DNA of 64,000 bases. Origin: Candidatus Eiseniibacteriota bacterium (GTDB lineage Bacteria > Eisenbacteria > RBG-16-71-46). The stretch's first letter is position 1, and each line of letters begins with the position of its first letter. Shown piece by piece: positions 1 to 12,706 of this stretch. The translations under genes were made by a program, and so were the position numbers. Under the pieces are notes generated by a model. The model was given only the letters and a program-made list of their open reading frames with translations, had not been told where the DNA came from and searched no databases. The DNA is taken from positions 192,001 to 256,000 of the forward strand of contig CAVUWA010000005.1 of assembly GCA_963744995.1 (NCBI GenBank), written 5' to 3'.

Positions 1-688
1 ACTCGAGGAACTGGCCGTTGGTCACGCTGTGGCGGTCGAGCTCGAATGCCTTCACGTCCACCGTGTGTTCTTCGAACTCGTTGTCCCAGCCGTAGCCCTG
101 CACGCGGCGGCGGCCGAGCGTCGCGCGCCCCGCCGGAATCCGCACGCGCTCCATCCGGAGCGCGGTCTCGGGCATGGACGTCTGCGGCCGCGCGCGCTTG
201 AGATGCGTGGGCAGCTGGTGGAACAGATAGGCCAGCGTCTCGGCGTGCTCCAGGCGATGCTCGAGCCCGGTATGGAACACGTCGTGGGCGAGTTGCGGAT
301 CATCGATCGCACCGCCGTCGAGGATCGCGTCCACCTCGCGCCGCGCGCGGTCGCGATACGCCAGGACGTCGGCGAGTGCGGGCCAGTCGCTGGCGGGCTC
401 GTTCGGCAGGCCCCCGTCGATCGGGTCGATGCCGAAGGCGAACAGCCGGTCGAACGCGTCGTTGAAAGCGGGACGGCCGAAGCCGTTACGCAGGATGATG
501 TTGACGTCGAACGCCTCGACGTGGCCGAGGTAGAAGATCAGACGGTGGCGTTCGGGAATCGGGCGTTCGTGGATCGCGCCGGGCACCAGCACCTCGTGGA
601 ACATCTCATCGGTGCGGTGGCGCGCCTCCGCGAGTCGCGATTTCACGTCTTCGCGATCGAAGACGACCGGGGGCATGGTCGTGCTCAT
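1..688 (-). CDS. EgtB/OvoA-family non-heme iron sulfoxide synthase (DinB_2 + FGE-sulfatase domains); runs off the window start
   Basis: Not in ORF track; translated by hand from ATG at 688 (GGGAGG RBS): MSTTMPPVVF...RHRLIFYLGH...FAFGIDP...EHRLEHAETL (HxxxHxE iron motif)...GYGWDNE...VTNGQFLE. Confidence 0.85.
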   Translation of the reverse strand, partial: MSTTMPPVVFDREDVKSRLAEARHRTDEMFHEVLVPGAIHERPIPERHRLIFYLGHVEAFDVNIILRNGFGRPAFNDAFDRLFAFGIDPIDGGLPNEPASDWPALADVLAYRDRARREVDAILDGGAIDDPQLAHDVFHTGLEHRLEHAETLAYLFHQLPTHLKRARPQTSMPETALRMERVRIPAGRATLGRRRVQGYGWDNEFEEHTVDVKAFELDRHSVTNGQFLE

Positions 689-909
689 GCGCAGGTCCTC
701 CCTGGAACCGGCGGAGCCTCTCCTCCGCCGTGGGTGCAGCGGGCGGTGCGCGGTGGGCGGCGTCCGGCAGTGCGGCCGAAGGACCGCACGGACGAACCTC
801 CCCTCCGGCACTTCGAGCGATCACCATAACAGACTCGACGAGGCGGAGTACGCCGGTGCGAAACGGCGCGCAAGTGGCGGGCGACAACGCCCTGCCGACC
901 GCAGAGCTC

Positions 910-3399
<2,490 letters not shown>

Positions 3400-3502
3400 C
3401 GCGAAGCATTGTGCCGCTTCGGGTGCGCGTGTGTCCACTGCGCGCGGCCGTTGCGCACACTCCGTCACGTCATCGCGGAATCCATACGCCGCAGCGCAGC
3501 AT

Positions 3503-4327
3503 TCAGCCGAGCCGCGCGACGAGCACCGGAACCAGCAGCACGAGCAGCGTCCACTCGGCGTGGCGATAGCGGTCGAACGGCACGAGGCTGTCTGCGAAGC
3601 GCGTCATCAGATAGGGCATGGCGGCGGCCACGGCCAGCGCGAGAAACGACGGCCTGAGCGCCGCGCCCGCGCTCGCCGACGCCACGAGCGCCGCCAGCAC
3701 CGTGCACGCGGCGGTGCCCGCGATCACCCGAGCGAGCCGCGCGTGCCCCCAGTCGCGGGCGATCGAAGGGCTGCCGTCGGCCTGGTCCATGGCGGCCTCG
3801 AACCATGCGTAGGCCATCAGATAGCCGAGCGCGACCGCCGCGTGCAGTGCCAGCGCCGCCCAGACCCAGGGGCCGTGCTGCGGGGCCAGCGCCAGCGGGC
3901 CGATCCAGAGTCCGGCGACGTAGATCGCCGCCACCGGCACCGGCGCCGGCAGCCAGACGGGGAACCGCGTGCGCACGGCCCCGAGGTAGAGCACCACGGC
4001 CGCGGCCAGTGCGGCCCCCCACCGGACCACCGGGCCCGGCAGTGCCAGCGCTCGCCACAACGCGAGCCCGCCGGCCAGCCCCACGGCGATCGACAGCGAG
4101 GTCGCGTGGCGGGCATGGAAGGCGTGGCGGTCGTTCGAGGCGTTCGGACCCACGCGCCGCGCGTCGACCAGGTGATCCAGCGTGTACACCGCCCAGATCG
4201 CAACGGGCAGCACCTGCCAGAATGCCGCCGGCATGCGTACGCCGGTCACGTGCGCGGCGAACGCCGCGCCGCCGACGCCGACCGCGACGATGTCGAGGCT
4301 CAGCGCGCGGATCACACGGATCAGCAC
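3503..4327 (-). CDS. UbiA-like prenyltransferase-family membrane protein
   Basis: Multiple hydrophobic helices; YTLDHLVD and DQADG acidic motifs. Confidence 0.55.
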   Translation of the reverse strand: MLIRVIRALSLDIVAVGVGGAAFAAHVTGVRMPAAFWQVLPVAIWAVYTLDHLVDARRVGPNASNDRHAFHARHATSLSIAVGLAGGLALWRALALPGPVVRWGAALAAAVVLYLGAVRTRFPVWLPAPVPVAAIYVAGLWIGPLALAPQHGPWVWAALALHAAVALGYLMAYAWFEAAMDQADGSPSIARDWGHARLARVIAGTAACTVLAALVASASAGAALRPSFLALAVAAAMPYLMTRFADSLVPFDRYRHAEWTLLVLLVPVLVARLG

Positions 4328-4483
4328 GGCTCGACCTCAAGGCGAATCGAAGCGGGCGGCGGCATGACGCCCAAGGGTAGCGTGTTTCGCGCTGCGCCGT
4401 GCCGGCGCACCGCGGGGCAGGCGCCCTCGCCCCGACGGCCCGGCCGCCTGCGCGGCGGGACTTGCGGTCCGGGCTGCGGGGGG

Positions 4484-5485
4484 TCAGGCCAGCGCGGCCT
4501 GCGCGCGGCGCCCGGCCCGACGCATGCGCCGCGCCGGCGGCGCGCCCGCCCTGCGCGCGGCGCCCGCCAGCTCCGCCATCAGCGCCTTCTGCAGGTGGAG
4601 CCGGTTCTCCGCTTCTTCGAGCACCACGCTCTGCGGGCCGTCGATGACCTCGTCGGTCACCTCCTCGCCGCGGTGCGCGGGCAGGCAGTGCATGAACAGC
4701 GCGTCGGGGGCGGCCAGCGACATCAGCTTCCGATCCACGCGATAGCCGGCGAACACCACGCGGCGCCAGTGCGATTCGGCCTCCTGCCCCATGCTGGTCC
4801 AGGTGTCGGTGTAGACCACGTCGGTGCCGCGCACCGCCTCCGCCGGATCGCGGAAGCGCTGCACGCGCCCGTCCGAGCGCCGCTCGGCCTCGAGGAACAG
4901 TCCCGCGTCGGGCTCGAAGCCGTCGGGCACCGCGAGCCGCAGGCGAAAGCCGAAGATCATCGCCGCCTCGAGCCACGAGTGCAGCACGTTGTTGCCGTCG
5001 CCGACCCAGGTGACCGTCATGTCGTCGAGTGCGCGGCCCGCACGGCGCAGCGTATAGAGGTCGGCGAGGATCTGGCACGGGTGCGAGAAGTCGGTGAGCG
5101 CATTGATCACCGGCACGCTCGCGTGCTCGGCGAGCTGCCGCACGAGACGGTGGGCGAAGGTGCGGATCACGATCAGATCGCACATGCCGGACAGCACCTG
5201 GGCGACATCCGGGATGCTCTCGCGACCGTGCTCGCTGACCTCCGCGGCGCCGAGGTCCACGGCGTCGCCGCCGAGCTCGTGCATGCCGACGGTGAACGAC
5301 ACCCGCGTCCTCAAGGACGGCTTGTGGAACACGAGCGCCGCCGTCTTGCCGGCGAGCGGTTGGGGCGCGGCCCGGGAGCCGCGCTTTTCGCGCAGTGCGT
5401 CGGCCCGGTCGAACAGATTCGTCACCCACCCGGCATCGAGCCCGGCGAGGTCGATCAGGTGCTTCGGCGTTCCGTTCACGTTCAT
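4484..5485 (-). CDS. argF: Ornithine carbamoyltransferase
   Basis: FHKPSLRTR, HPCQ, DTWTSMGQE, HCLPAHRGEEV motifs; last gene of arg operon. Confidence 0.93.
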   Translation of the reverse strand: MNVNGTPKHLIDLAGLDAGWVTNLFDRADALREKRGSRAAPQPLAGKTAALVFHKPSLRTRVSFTVGMHELGGDAVDLGAAEVSEHGRESIPDVAQVLSGMCDLIVIRTFAHRLVRQLAEHASVPVINALTDFSHPCQILADLYTLRRAGRALDDMTVTWVGDGNNVLHSWLEAAMIFGFRLRLAVPDGFEPDAGLFLEAERRSDGRVQRFRDPAEAVRGTDVVYTDTWTSMGQEAESHWRRVVFAGYRVDRKLMSLAAPDALFMHCLPAHRGEEVTDEVIDGPQSVVLEEAENRLHLQKALMAELAGAARRAGAPPARRMRRAGRRAQAALA

Positions 5486-5495
5486 CCTGGCGTTC

Positions 5496-7544
5496 CTACG
5501 ACACCACCGGCAGCCCGTTCGGCTCCGGCGGCGCTCCCTGGGGAATCGGCACTATCCACGTCCGTGCGGCCTGCTCCGCCGCAGTCCTGGAGGCGCCGGG
5601 CATGAGATCCATCACGACGGCCACTTCGTCGCACGCGTGCCGGCGCGGACAGCGCACGCAGTCGGTCCACACCTTGCGCGGCAGCGCGTCACGGGTTTCG
5701 GTACGGAACCCGCAGCGCTCGAAGAACGCGACCTCGCGGGTGAGCGCGATCACCCGCGGAATCGTAAGCTGCCGCGCCTCGGCGACCACGCGACCGACCA
5801 GCGCGGCACCGAGCCCGCGGCCATGGTAGTCGGGCCTGACGGCGAGCGAGCGCACCTCGCCGAGATCGGACCACAGCAGGCGCAGCGCAGCGCACGCGAC
5901 GACCTCGCCGTCCCGCTCGGCCACCTGGAACTCGCGGATACAGTGGTAGAGCTCGCTCACCGGCCGCGGCAGCAGCGTGCCCTGCAGCACGTAGTCCGCC
6001 ATCACCCCGGCGATGCCGGGCACGTCGTCGATGCGCGCGGCCCGGAGCACGATCCCGTCGCTCATGCGCTGCACCGCGCGAGCCGCGGGCGGCGCCTCGG
6101 CGCGGCGCGCCGGTTCGGCCGGCGCGGTGCCGGCGACGGGCGGCGTGTCGTCCGCGAGCCCCGGGCCGAGGCCAAGCCGGCCTTCGGCACGCGCGAGCTG
6201 GCGCTGGACCGCCTGCGGACCGGTACCGGGCGCGTGGTCACGGCGCAGCAGCGCGCTCTCCACGCTGAGCCCGCCGACCCGCTCCGCGGTCAGGTGCGAT
6301 GAGATCGCGAGGCGCTCCGCCTCCGGAACGTCCACCGGGCGCACGCCCATCCGTTCGGCCTCGCCCCACAGCCGTCCGACCGCGGCGTGCGCTTCGCGGA
6401 ACGGCACGCCGAGATCCACCAGCGCGTCCGCGAGCTCGACCGCGAGCAGGTCGTCGGTAAGGCTCGCCGCCATGCGCGCGGGCACCGGCGTGAGCGCCTC
6501 GATCGCCGGCGCGAGCGCGCTCAGGAGCCGGTCGAGCGTATCGGCCGAGTCGAACAGCGCTTCCTTGTCCTCCTGCAGATCCTTCTGATACGAGGACGGC
6601 AGGCCCTTCATGAGCACGGCGATGCGCTGCGCGTTGGCGATCAGCCGCGCCGATTTGCCGCGCGCGAGCTCGAACACGTCCGGGTTGCGCTTCTGCGGCA
6701 GCAGGCTCGATCCGGTGCTGAACCCGTCCGGTGCGCGATACCAGCCGGTGAGCGGCGAACACCACAGCACCAGATCCTCGGCGAGGCGCGACAGGTGCAC
6801 GCCCAGCACCGCGGCCGCATTCAGATAAGCCATCACGAAGTCGCGGTCGCCGACCGCGTCCACGCTGTTCTCGGCGACGCGATGAAAGCCCAGCTCCATC
6901 GCCAGCATTGCGCGATCGACGGGCAGCGGGGTCCCGGCCACCGCGCCCGCGCCGAGCGGCATGCGGTCGGCCTCCTCGCGCGCGTCGAGGAACCGCGTCT
7001 CGTCGCGCTCGAACGCCTGGGCGTGCGCGAGCCAGAGGTGCGCCATGCTGACCGGCTGCGCCGGCTGCAGGTGCGTCTGCGCGGCGACGATCAGCGCTTC
7101 GGTCGCACGCGCCTGCCGCACGATCGCGCGCTCGAGCTCCGCGACCCGCTCCACCGCACGATCGCACAACGCCATCGCGCGCATGCGCACGAGCGTCGCG
7201 ACCTGGTCGTTACGGCTGCGCCCGGTGTGCAGGCGCAGTGCGGGATCGCCGGTGCGGCGCACGAGCTCCTGCTCGATCGCCGAGTGGACATCCTCCCCCG
7301 CGAGCGTGAGCGCACCCTTCTGCAGGTCGCGCTCGAGCGCATCGCATGCGGCGGCGAGCGCGTCCCGCGCGGCTCCGTCCATCACGCCGATCTCGGCCAG
7401 CGCCGAGGACCATGCGCGGGTGAGGGCGAGTTCCTCGGGCACGAGACGCCCGTCCACCGGGAGCGAATCGTTGAGCTTCGCGGCGCGCGGATCGAGCGGC
7501 ACCGCGATCCGGCCGCTCCAGACGGCGCCCTTCTCAGCCGGCAT
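5496..7544 (-). CDS. argH: Argininosuccinate lyase fused to C-terminal short GNAT N-acetylglutamate synthase (ArgH-ArgA)
   Basis: HTGRSRNDQ, GSSLLPQKRNPD, YQKDLQEDKE; C-terminal GEVRSLAV..GRGLG and LPRKVWTDCVRC...CDE motifs. Confidence 0.9.
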   Translation of the reverse strand: MPAEKGAVWSGRIAVPLDPRAAKLNDSLPVDGRLVPEELALTRAWSSALAEIGVMDGAARDALAAACDALERDLQKGALTLAGEDVHSAIEQELVRRTGDPALRLHTGRSRNDQVATLVRMRAMALCDRAVERVAELERAIVRQARATEALIVAAQTHLQPAQPVSMAHLWLAHAQAFERDETRFLDAREEADRMPLGAGAVAGTPLPVDRAMLAMELGFHRVAENSVDAVGDRDFVMAYLNAAAVLGVHLSRLAEDLVLWCSPLTGWYRAPDGFSTGSSLLPQKRNPDVFELARGKSARLIANAQRIAVLMKGLPSSYQKDLQEDKEALFDSADTLDRLLSALAPAIEALTPVPARMAASLTDDLLAVELADALVDLGVPFREAHAAVGRLWGEAERMGVRPVDVPEAERLAISSHLTAERVGGLSVESALLRRDHAPGTGPQAVQRQLARAEGRLGLGPGLADDTPPVAGTAPAEPARRAEAPPAARAVQRMSDGIVLRAARIDDVPGIAGVMADYVLQGTLLPRPVSELYHCIREFQVAERDGEVVACAALRLLWSDLGEVRSLAVRPDYHGRGLGAALVGRVVAEARQLTIPRVIALTREVAFFERCGFRTETRDALPRKVWTDCVRCPRRHACDEVAVVMDLMPGASRTAAEQAARTWIVPIPQGAPPEPNGLPVVS

Positions 7545-8835
7545 GGTGCACCTCGGGCAGCGCCGGCAGCGCCGGCGCGACACCGTTGCCGTTGGCCGCG
7601 GGTTCACCGGCCGCAGCCGGCGCGAGATCCGTTCGCCCGCGGCGGGCGGCCGCAGCGAGCGGCAGCCCGAAGAGGCGGATGAAGCCCTCGGCGTGCGTGG
7701 CGTCGTAGCCGGTCATGTCGAACGAGGCCAGCTCGCTCTGGTAGAGCGACTGCGGGCTCGTGCGCGCAACGGCACGCGCCTGCCCCTGGAACAGCTCCAC
7801 CGTCACCTCGCCCGTCACGGTCTGCATCGCGGTGTCGAAGAACGCCTGCAGCGCCCGCCGCAGCGGCGAGAACCACAGCCCGTCGTAGACGAGATCCGCG
7901 TAGCGGGGCGCCAGCTCGGCGCGGGCGCGCAGCACGTCGTGCGTGAGCGTCAGCCGGCACAGATCCTCGAGCGCCTCGTACAGCACCGTGCCCCCGGGGG
8001 TCTCGTATACGCCGCGCGACTTCATGCCGACGCGGCGGCTCTCGACGATGTCCACGCGGCCGACGCCGTGCCGGCCGGCGATCCCGTTGAGCGCGGCGAG
8101 CAGCGCGGCCGGGTCGAGCGCCTGTCCGTTCACCCGCACCGGACGTCCGCCTTCGAATGCGAGCGTCACGATCTCGGGCAGCGCCGGCCGCCGCTCGATG
8201 CCGGCGGTCAGCCGGTAGAGCGGCTCCGCTGGCGCGAGCCCCGGATCCTCGAGCGGACCGCCCTCGTGCGAGATGTGCAGCAGATTGGCGTCGCGCGAGT
8301 AGAGATCGGACCGGGTCTGCAGCACCTGGATCCCGTGGCGCTCGGCGTAGGCGAGCGCGTCCTCGCGCGAGACGATGTCCCACTCGCGCCACGGCGCGAT
8401 CACCCTGAGCCCGGGCGCCAGCGCCATGAACGCCAGTTCGAAACGCACCTGGTCGTTGCCCTTGCCGGTACAGCCGTGCGCGAGCGCGTCGGCGCCGGTG
8501 CGCTCGGCGCACCACACCTGCCGTGACGCGATCAGCGGCCTGGCGATCGCGGTGCCGAGCATGTAGCGGCCCTCGTAGAGCGCCCCCGCGCGCAGCATCG
8601 GGAACACGAAGTCACGCACGAACGGCAGCTTGAGGTCCTCGACCACGACCTCGTTCGCGCCGATCTCGCGGGCACGGGCTTCGAGCCCGTCGAGCTCGGC
8701 GCCCTGGCCGACGTCCGAGCAGTAGCACACGACTTCGCAGCCGTAGTGCTCCTTCAGCCACGGGACGATGATGCTGGTATCGAGTCCGCCCGAATAGGCG
8801 AGTACGGCCTTCTGGACCGGCGTTCCGTTCTTCAA
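7534..8835 (-). CDS. argG: Argininosuccinate synthase
   Basis: LAYSGGLDTS, HGCTGKGNDQVRFE, KSRGVYETPG; TTG start with purine-rich RBS. Confidence 0.96.
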   Translation of the reverse strand: MKNGTPVQKAVLAYSGGLDTSIIVPWLKEHYGCEVVCYCSDVGQGAELDGLEARAREIGANEVVVEDLKLPFVRDFVFPMLRAGALYEGRYMLGTAIARPLIASRQVWCAERTGADALAHGCTGKGNDQVRFELAFMALAPGLRVIAPWREWDIVSREDALAYAERHGIQVLQTRSDLYSRDANLLHISHEGGPLEDPGLAPAEPLYRLTAGIERRPALPEIVTLAFEGGRPVRVNGQALDPAALLAALNGIAGRHGVGRVDIVESRRVGMKSRGVYETPGGTVLYEALEDLCRLTLTHDVLRARAELAPRYADLVYDGLWFSPLRRALQAFFDTAMQTVTGEVTVELFQGQARAVARTSPQSLYQSELASFDMTGYDATHAEGFIRLFGLPLAAAARRGRTDLAPAAAGEPAANGNGVAPALPALPEVHHAG

Positions 8836-8850
8836 CTGCGTTCCCTTTCC

Positions 8851-10074
8851 TTATTGGAGCGACTGGAGCGCCCGATCGAGGCGCCCGATGGCTTCCTGGA
8901 TCTCGTCCGCCGTGACCGTGAGCGGGGGCAGCAGCCGCACCGCACGCTCGCCGCCGCGCACCACCAGCAGGCCGTGTGCGCGCGCCGCCCCGACCAGGGC
9001 GGCGACGTCGAACGGCGCCTCCGCGGCCACGTCCACGGCGCGCAGCAGGCCCAGGCCGCGCGTCGCCGCGAGCGACGGGTGGGCGGCGACCAGCGCCGTG
9101 AGCGCGGCGTCCAGCTCGCGCGCCCGCTTGCGCACGCGGACGAGGAAGGCGGGTTTCCGGACCTTTTCGAGCACCGCGAGCGCCGCCGCGGTCGTGACCG
9201 GCCCTCCGCCGAACGTGGTGCCGTGCATGCCCGGGGCGAGCGACTTCGCGAGCGGCTCCCGGATGAGCACCGCGCCGAGCGGCAGCCCGCCGCCGAGCGC
9301 CTTGCTGAGCACGGTGAGGTCGGCGTCGACGCCGAAGTGCTGCGCGGCGAGCAGCCGGCCGCTGCGGCCCATGCCGATCTGGATCTCGTCGAAGATCAGC
9401 GGAATGCCGAGCGCCTGCGTGCGGGCGCGCAGCGCGAGCAGGAAGTCGCGGCTCGCAGGCACCGCCCCGCCTTCGCCCTGCACCGGCTCGACGACCACCG
9501 CGGCCACGTGGTCGTCGAGCACCGCGTCGAGCCCGGCGGCGTCGTTGAAGTCGGCGAAGCGCACCCCGGGAATCAGCGGCTCGAACGGTCTGCGGTAGGA
9601 CGGCGTCCAGGTGAGCGACAGCGCAAAGCCGGTGCGGCCGTGGAACCCGCCGCGGAAGGCGACCAGGTCACGTCCCGCGCGGCCCGTCGCGCCGGCATGG
9701 GCACGGGCGAACTTGACCGCGGCCTCGATCCCTTCCGTGCCGCTGTTGCAGAAGAACACCCGGTCGTAGCCGGTCGCGTCCTCGAGCGCCGCCGCCAGCG
9801 CCAGCGCCGGACCTGTCGCGAACAGGTTCGAGACGTGGACGAGCTCGCGCATCTGTCTGGACACCGCGCGCGCGACTGCCGGCGCCGCATGACCGAGCGC
9901 GTTCACCGCGATGCCGCTCACGAAGTCCAGATAGGTCCTGCCGTGCGCGTCGGTCACCCGTGCGCCGCGCCCCGTCACCAGCTCGAGCCGCGGAAACGCG
10001 TAGGTCGGCGCGAACAGCCCGGCCTCGCCTGCAGCCAGCACCTGCGGCTCGGCGCGCTCGATGGTGTCAGGCAT
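8851..10074 (-). CDS. argD: Acetylornithine aminotransferase
   Basis: FHGRT, EPVQGEGG, DEIQIGMGRSG, SKALGGG, HGTTFGG; ATG overlaps end of argB. Confidence 0.92.
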   Translation of the reverse strand: MPDTIERAEPQVLAAGEAGLFAPTYAFPRLELVTGRGARVTDAHGRTYLDFVSGIAVNALGHAAPAVARAVSRQMRELVHVSNLFATGPALALAAALEDATGYDRVFFCNSGTEGIEAAVKFARAHAGATGRAGRDLVAFRGGFHGRTGFALSLTWTPSYRRPFEPLIPGVRFADFNDAAGLDAVLDDHVAAVVVEPVQGEGGAVPASRDFLLALRARTQALGIPLIFDEIQIGMGRSGRLLAAQHFGVDADLTVLSKALGGGLPLGAVLIREPLAKSLAPGMHGTTFGGGPVTTAAALAVLEKVRKPAFLVRVRKRARELDAALTALVAAHPSLAATRGLGLLRAVDVAAEAPFDVAALVGAARAHGLLVVRGGERAVRLLPPLTVTADEIQEAIGRLDRALQSLQ

Positions 10075-10939
10075 GCGCGCTCCCCTCCCGTCCGGCGGCA
10101 AGCAGCGCCGCGAGCGTCCCCGGCCCGCGCCAGGCGGCGATCCACGCGACGCCGGCGCCGGCAGCGACGGCGGCACGCGCGGCGCGCAGCTTCACCCGCA
10201 TGCCGCCCGCGACGTCGGCGCCGGCGAGTGCGTCGTCCACCGCGTCCGCGTCGAGCACCTTCACCGTTTCGCCCGCGAGCCTCACGCCGGGCGCGTCGCT
10301 CAGCAGCACCAGCGACTCGGCGCCGAGCGCTCCCGCGATCGCGGCCGCGACGTCGTCCGCGTTCAGGTTGAGCAGCGCCCCGTCGCACGCGCCGATGCTG
10401 GCCACGACCGGGAGGAGCCCCGCGGCGAGCCAGGCGCGCAGCCGCGCGCCGTCCACCGACTCCACCTCGCCCACGTGGCCGAGCCGGGCGGCGCCCGCGT
10501 GCGGGCGTGCCTGCACGATGCCGCCGTCGAGCGCGGCGATGCCGAGCGCATCGAGCCGGGCGGCGCGCAGCGCGGCAACCAGGCGCTTGTTGGCGAGCCC
10601 GGCCAGCACCGCCGTCGCGACCTCCAGCGCCCCCGCGTCGGTCACGCGCAGACCGTCGTCGAAGCGGGATTCGATTCCGAGCCGCCGGCACCAGGTGCTG
10701 ACCTCGGTGCCGCCGCCGTGGACCAGCACGGCGTGTCCGGCGCAGCCGGCGAGCTCCGCGGCCAGCTCGGCAAGCGCCCCCGGCGCCTCGAGCGAGCGGC
10801 CGCCCAGCTTGATCACGACCGTGGCCGCGACGCCGTGCGGACGGGCGGGGCGGCCGACGATCGCGGTGCCGGGAAGCGCGCCACCGGTCTCCGCTGCGCC
10901 GACGGCGTCCCCTTCGACGCGGGTCCCCGCCGACGTCAC
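10067..10939 (-). CDS. argB: Acetylglutamate kinase
   Basis: VIKLGG, VHGGG, GLRVTD, NLNAD, GGMRVKL motifs. Confidence 0.92.
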   Translation of the reverse strand: MTSAGTRVEGDAVGAAETGGALPGTAIVGRPARPHGVAATVVIKLGGRSLEAPGALAELAAELAGCAGHAVLVHGGGTEVSTWCRRLGIESRFDDGLRVTDAGALEVATAVLAGLANKRLVAALRAARLDALGIAALDGGIVQARPHAGAARLGHVGEVESVDGARLRAWLAAGLLPVVASIGACDGALLNLNADDVAAAIAGALGAESLVLLSDAPGVRLAGETVKVLDADAVDDALAGADVAGGMRVKLRAARAAVAAGAGVAWIAAWRGPGTLAALLAAGREGSAHA

Positions 10940-12046
10940 CAGGGGTTCCCGTTCAGCGGCAGGCCCCAGTCCTCGGGCCAGCCGAGCTGCAGGTTCAGAT
11001 TCTGCACCGCCTGACCCGCCGCGCCCTTCACCAGATTGTCGATGGCGGCCATCGCGACCAGCGTGCGGCCGCCGTGCACCGTGGTGACCCCGACGTCGGC
11101 GCGGTTGGAGCCGCGCACGCTGCGCGTTTCGGGGAACGCACCGGCGGGCAGCACGCGCACGAACGTTTCGTCGGCGTAGCGGGCCTCGTACAGCGCCTGC
11201 GCCTGATCAGGGCGCCAGCGGCGTCGCGAGCTCGACCACGGCGGTGAGCAGAATGCCGCGCGCCATCGGGGCGAGCTGCGGCGCGAACGCGGCGGCCACC
11301 GGCGTGCCGGCGAGCCGGGTGAGCGTGCGCGACATTTCGGCCACGTGCGCATGGGTCTCGCCCACGTGGTAGAACGCCGCGCCGCCGTCGAGCTCGACGA
11401 ACGAGGTGCGCAGGGCCGGCGCACGCCCGGCGCCGCTCACCCCCGAGAGCGCGGTGATCGTCACGCGCTCGGCGAGCGTCCCGGCCGCTGCGACCGGCAG
11501 CAGCGCCAGCGCCGCTGCGGTCGGATAGCAGCCCGGGTTGGCGATGCGCGTCGCGCCCGCGATCTCGTCACGGAACGCCTCCGGCAGGCCGTACGCGTAG
11601 CCGTTCGCGCCGTCCCTGTGGTCGGACGAGAGGTCCAGGATCCGCGGAAGGCCGTCGCCGATCGCCGGGTGGCGCCGGATGAACTCGGCGAACCCGCCGT
11701 GCGGCAGGCAGCTCACCAGCGTGTCGAATGCGCCCGCTGCGAAGAGATCCGCGAGCGCGTCCGGGTGCGCGACGTGCGGCAGCGCCGCATGGCGCGGATC
11801 GAATCCGGGCAGCAGGTCGGCGCCGGCGCGTCCGGCCTGCTCGCGCGAAACCAGCACCGCCAGGGAGAGCCCCGGGTGCGCGAGCGTGAGCCGTGCGAAC
11901 TCCTGCCCCGCGTACCCGCTCGCGCCCAGCACCGCGACGTGCGCGTGGAGGCGTGGCCCGACGAACGGCAGCGAACCGGACACTGCGTGCGGCTGGCGGT
12001 CCGCCCGGACAGCCGGGGTTTCGCGGGTGGTCGGAACGGCGCTCAT
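10936..12046 (-). CDS. argC: N-acetyl-gamma-glutamyl-phosphate reductase, split by a +1 frameshift at ~11207-11212
   Basis: N-part (12046-11207): GASGYAG, NPGCYPT, SGVSGAG; C-part in another frame: FVRVLP...[17 protein letters not shown]; removing one C at CCC-TGA restores a continuous ORF. Confidence 0.9.
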
Positions 12047-12513
12047 TTGGCGACCCCCTTCGCGGCGATGGATTCCAGCCGGCGCTTGAGGCGGTTCGCC
12101 GCCTTCTGATCCGGCATCACGATCAGCACCGTGTCATCGCCCGCCACGGTGCCCACCACGTCTTCGAACTCGGCCATGTCCAGCGCGCGGCCCACGCCGT
12201 TCGCGTGACCGGGCGGCGTGCGCACGACCACGAGGTTCTGCGCGACCCGGATCTCGTTGACGAACGCCTTGAGGTCCAGCCACTGGCGCTCCCGATCGAA
12301 CGCCTCCGTCGCCGGCGCCGGCAGCACGTAGACCGCGCGTCCCTGCGCGTCGGGCCGCTTGCCGACCCCGAGGCTGTTGAGGTCGCGCGACAGCGTCGCC
12401 TGCGTGACCGGGTGGCCCTCGGCCGCCAGCGCGCGCGCCAGCGCCTCCTGGCTGTGGAAGGGCTTCCCTCCCAGCAGGCGGGCGATCACGGCGAGGCGGC
12501 GCGGACGGGTCAT
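12043..12513 (-). CDS. argR: Arginine repressor
   Basis: VTQATLSRDL HTH motif and GTVAGDDT arginine-binding motif; GGAG RBS. Confidence 0.95.
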   Translation of the reverse strand: MTRPRRLAVIARLLGGKPFHSQEALARALAAEGHPVTQATLSRDLNSLGVGKRPDAQGRAVYVLPAPATEAFDRERQWLDLKAFVNEIRVAQNLVVVRTPPGHANGVGRALDMAEFEDVVGTVAGDDTVLIVMPDQKAANRLKRRLESIAAKGVAK

Positions 12514-12539
12514 GCGGCATCTCCTAGGGTCGGGGCGGT

Positions 12540-12577
12540 CTTGCATAAATATGCGAGTTGGTGAATAAACAACATCC
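12540..12577. promoter_or_regulatory. Tandem ARG boxes (ArgR operators)
   Basis: CTTGCATAAATATGCGAG (12540-12557) and GGTGAATAAACAACATCC (12560-12577): AT-rich 18-mers 2 bp apart just upstream of argR. Confidence 0.85.
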
Positions 12578-12592
12578 CCCGGCCGGCGTCAA
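12564..12592 (-). promoter_or_regulatory. Sigma70-type promoter of arg operon
   Basis: TTGACG-N17-TTTATT on minus strand, overlapping the second ARG box. Confidence 0.6.
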
Positions 12593-12706
12593 TGCGAAAT
12601 CGAGGGCGCGAAGGAACGGGCGCCCGCCGGCGCAGGGCGTGGAGGCAGGGGCGCCCCGCCGGCGCCGGTGGCAACCCCATGGCGGGCGGGCCGGCGCGCC
12701 GCCGGC

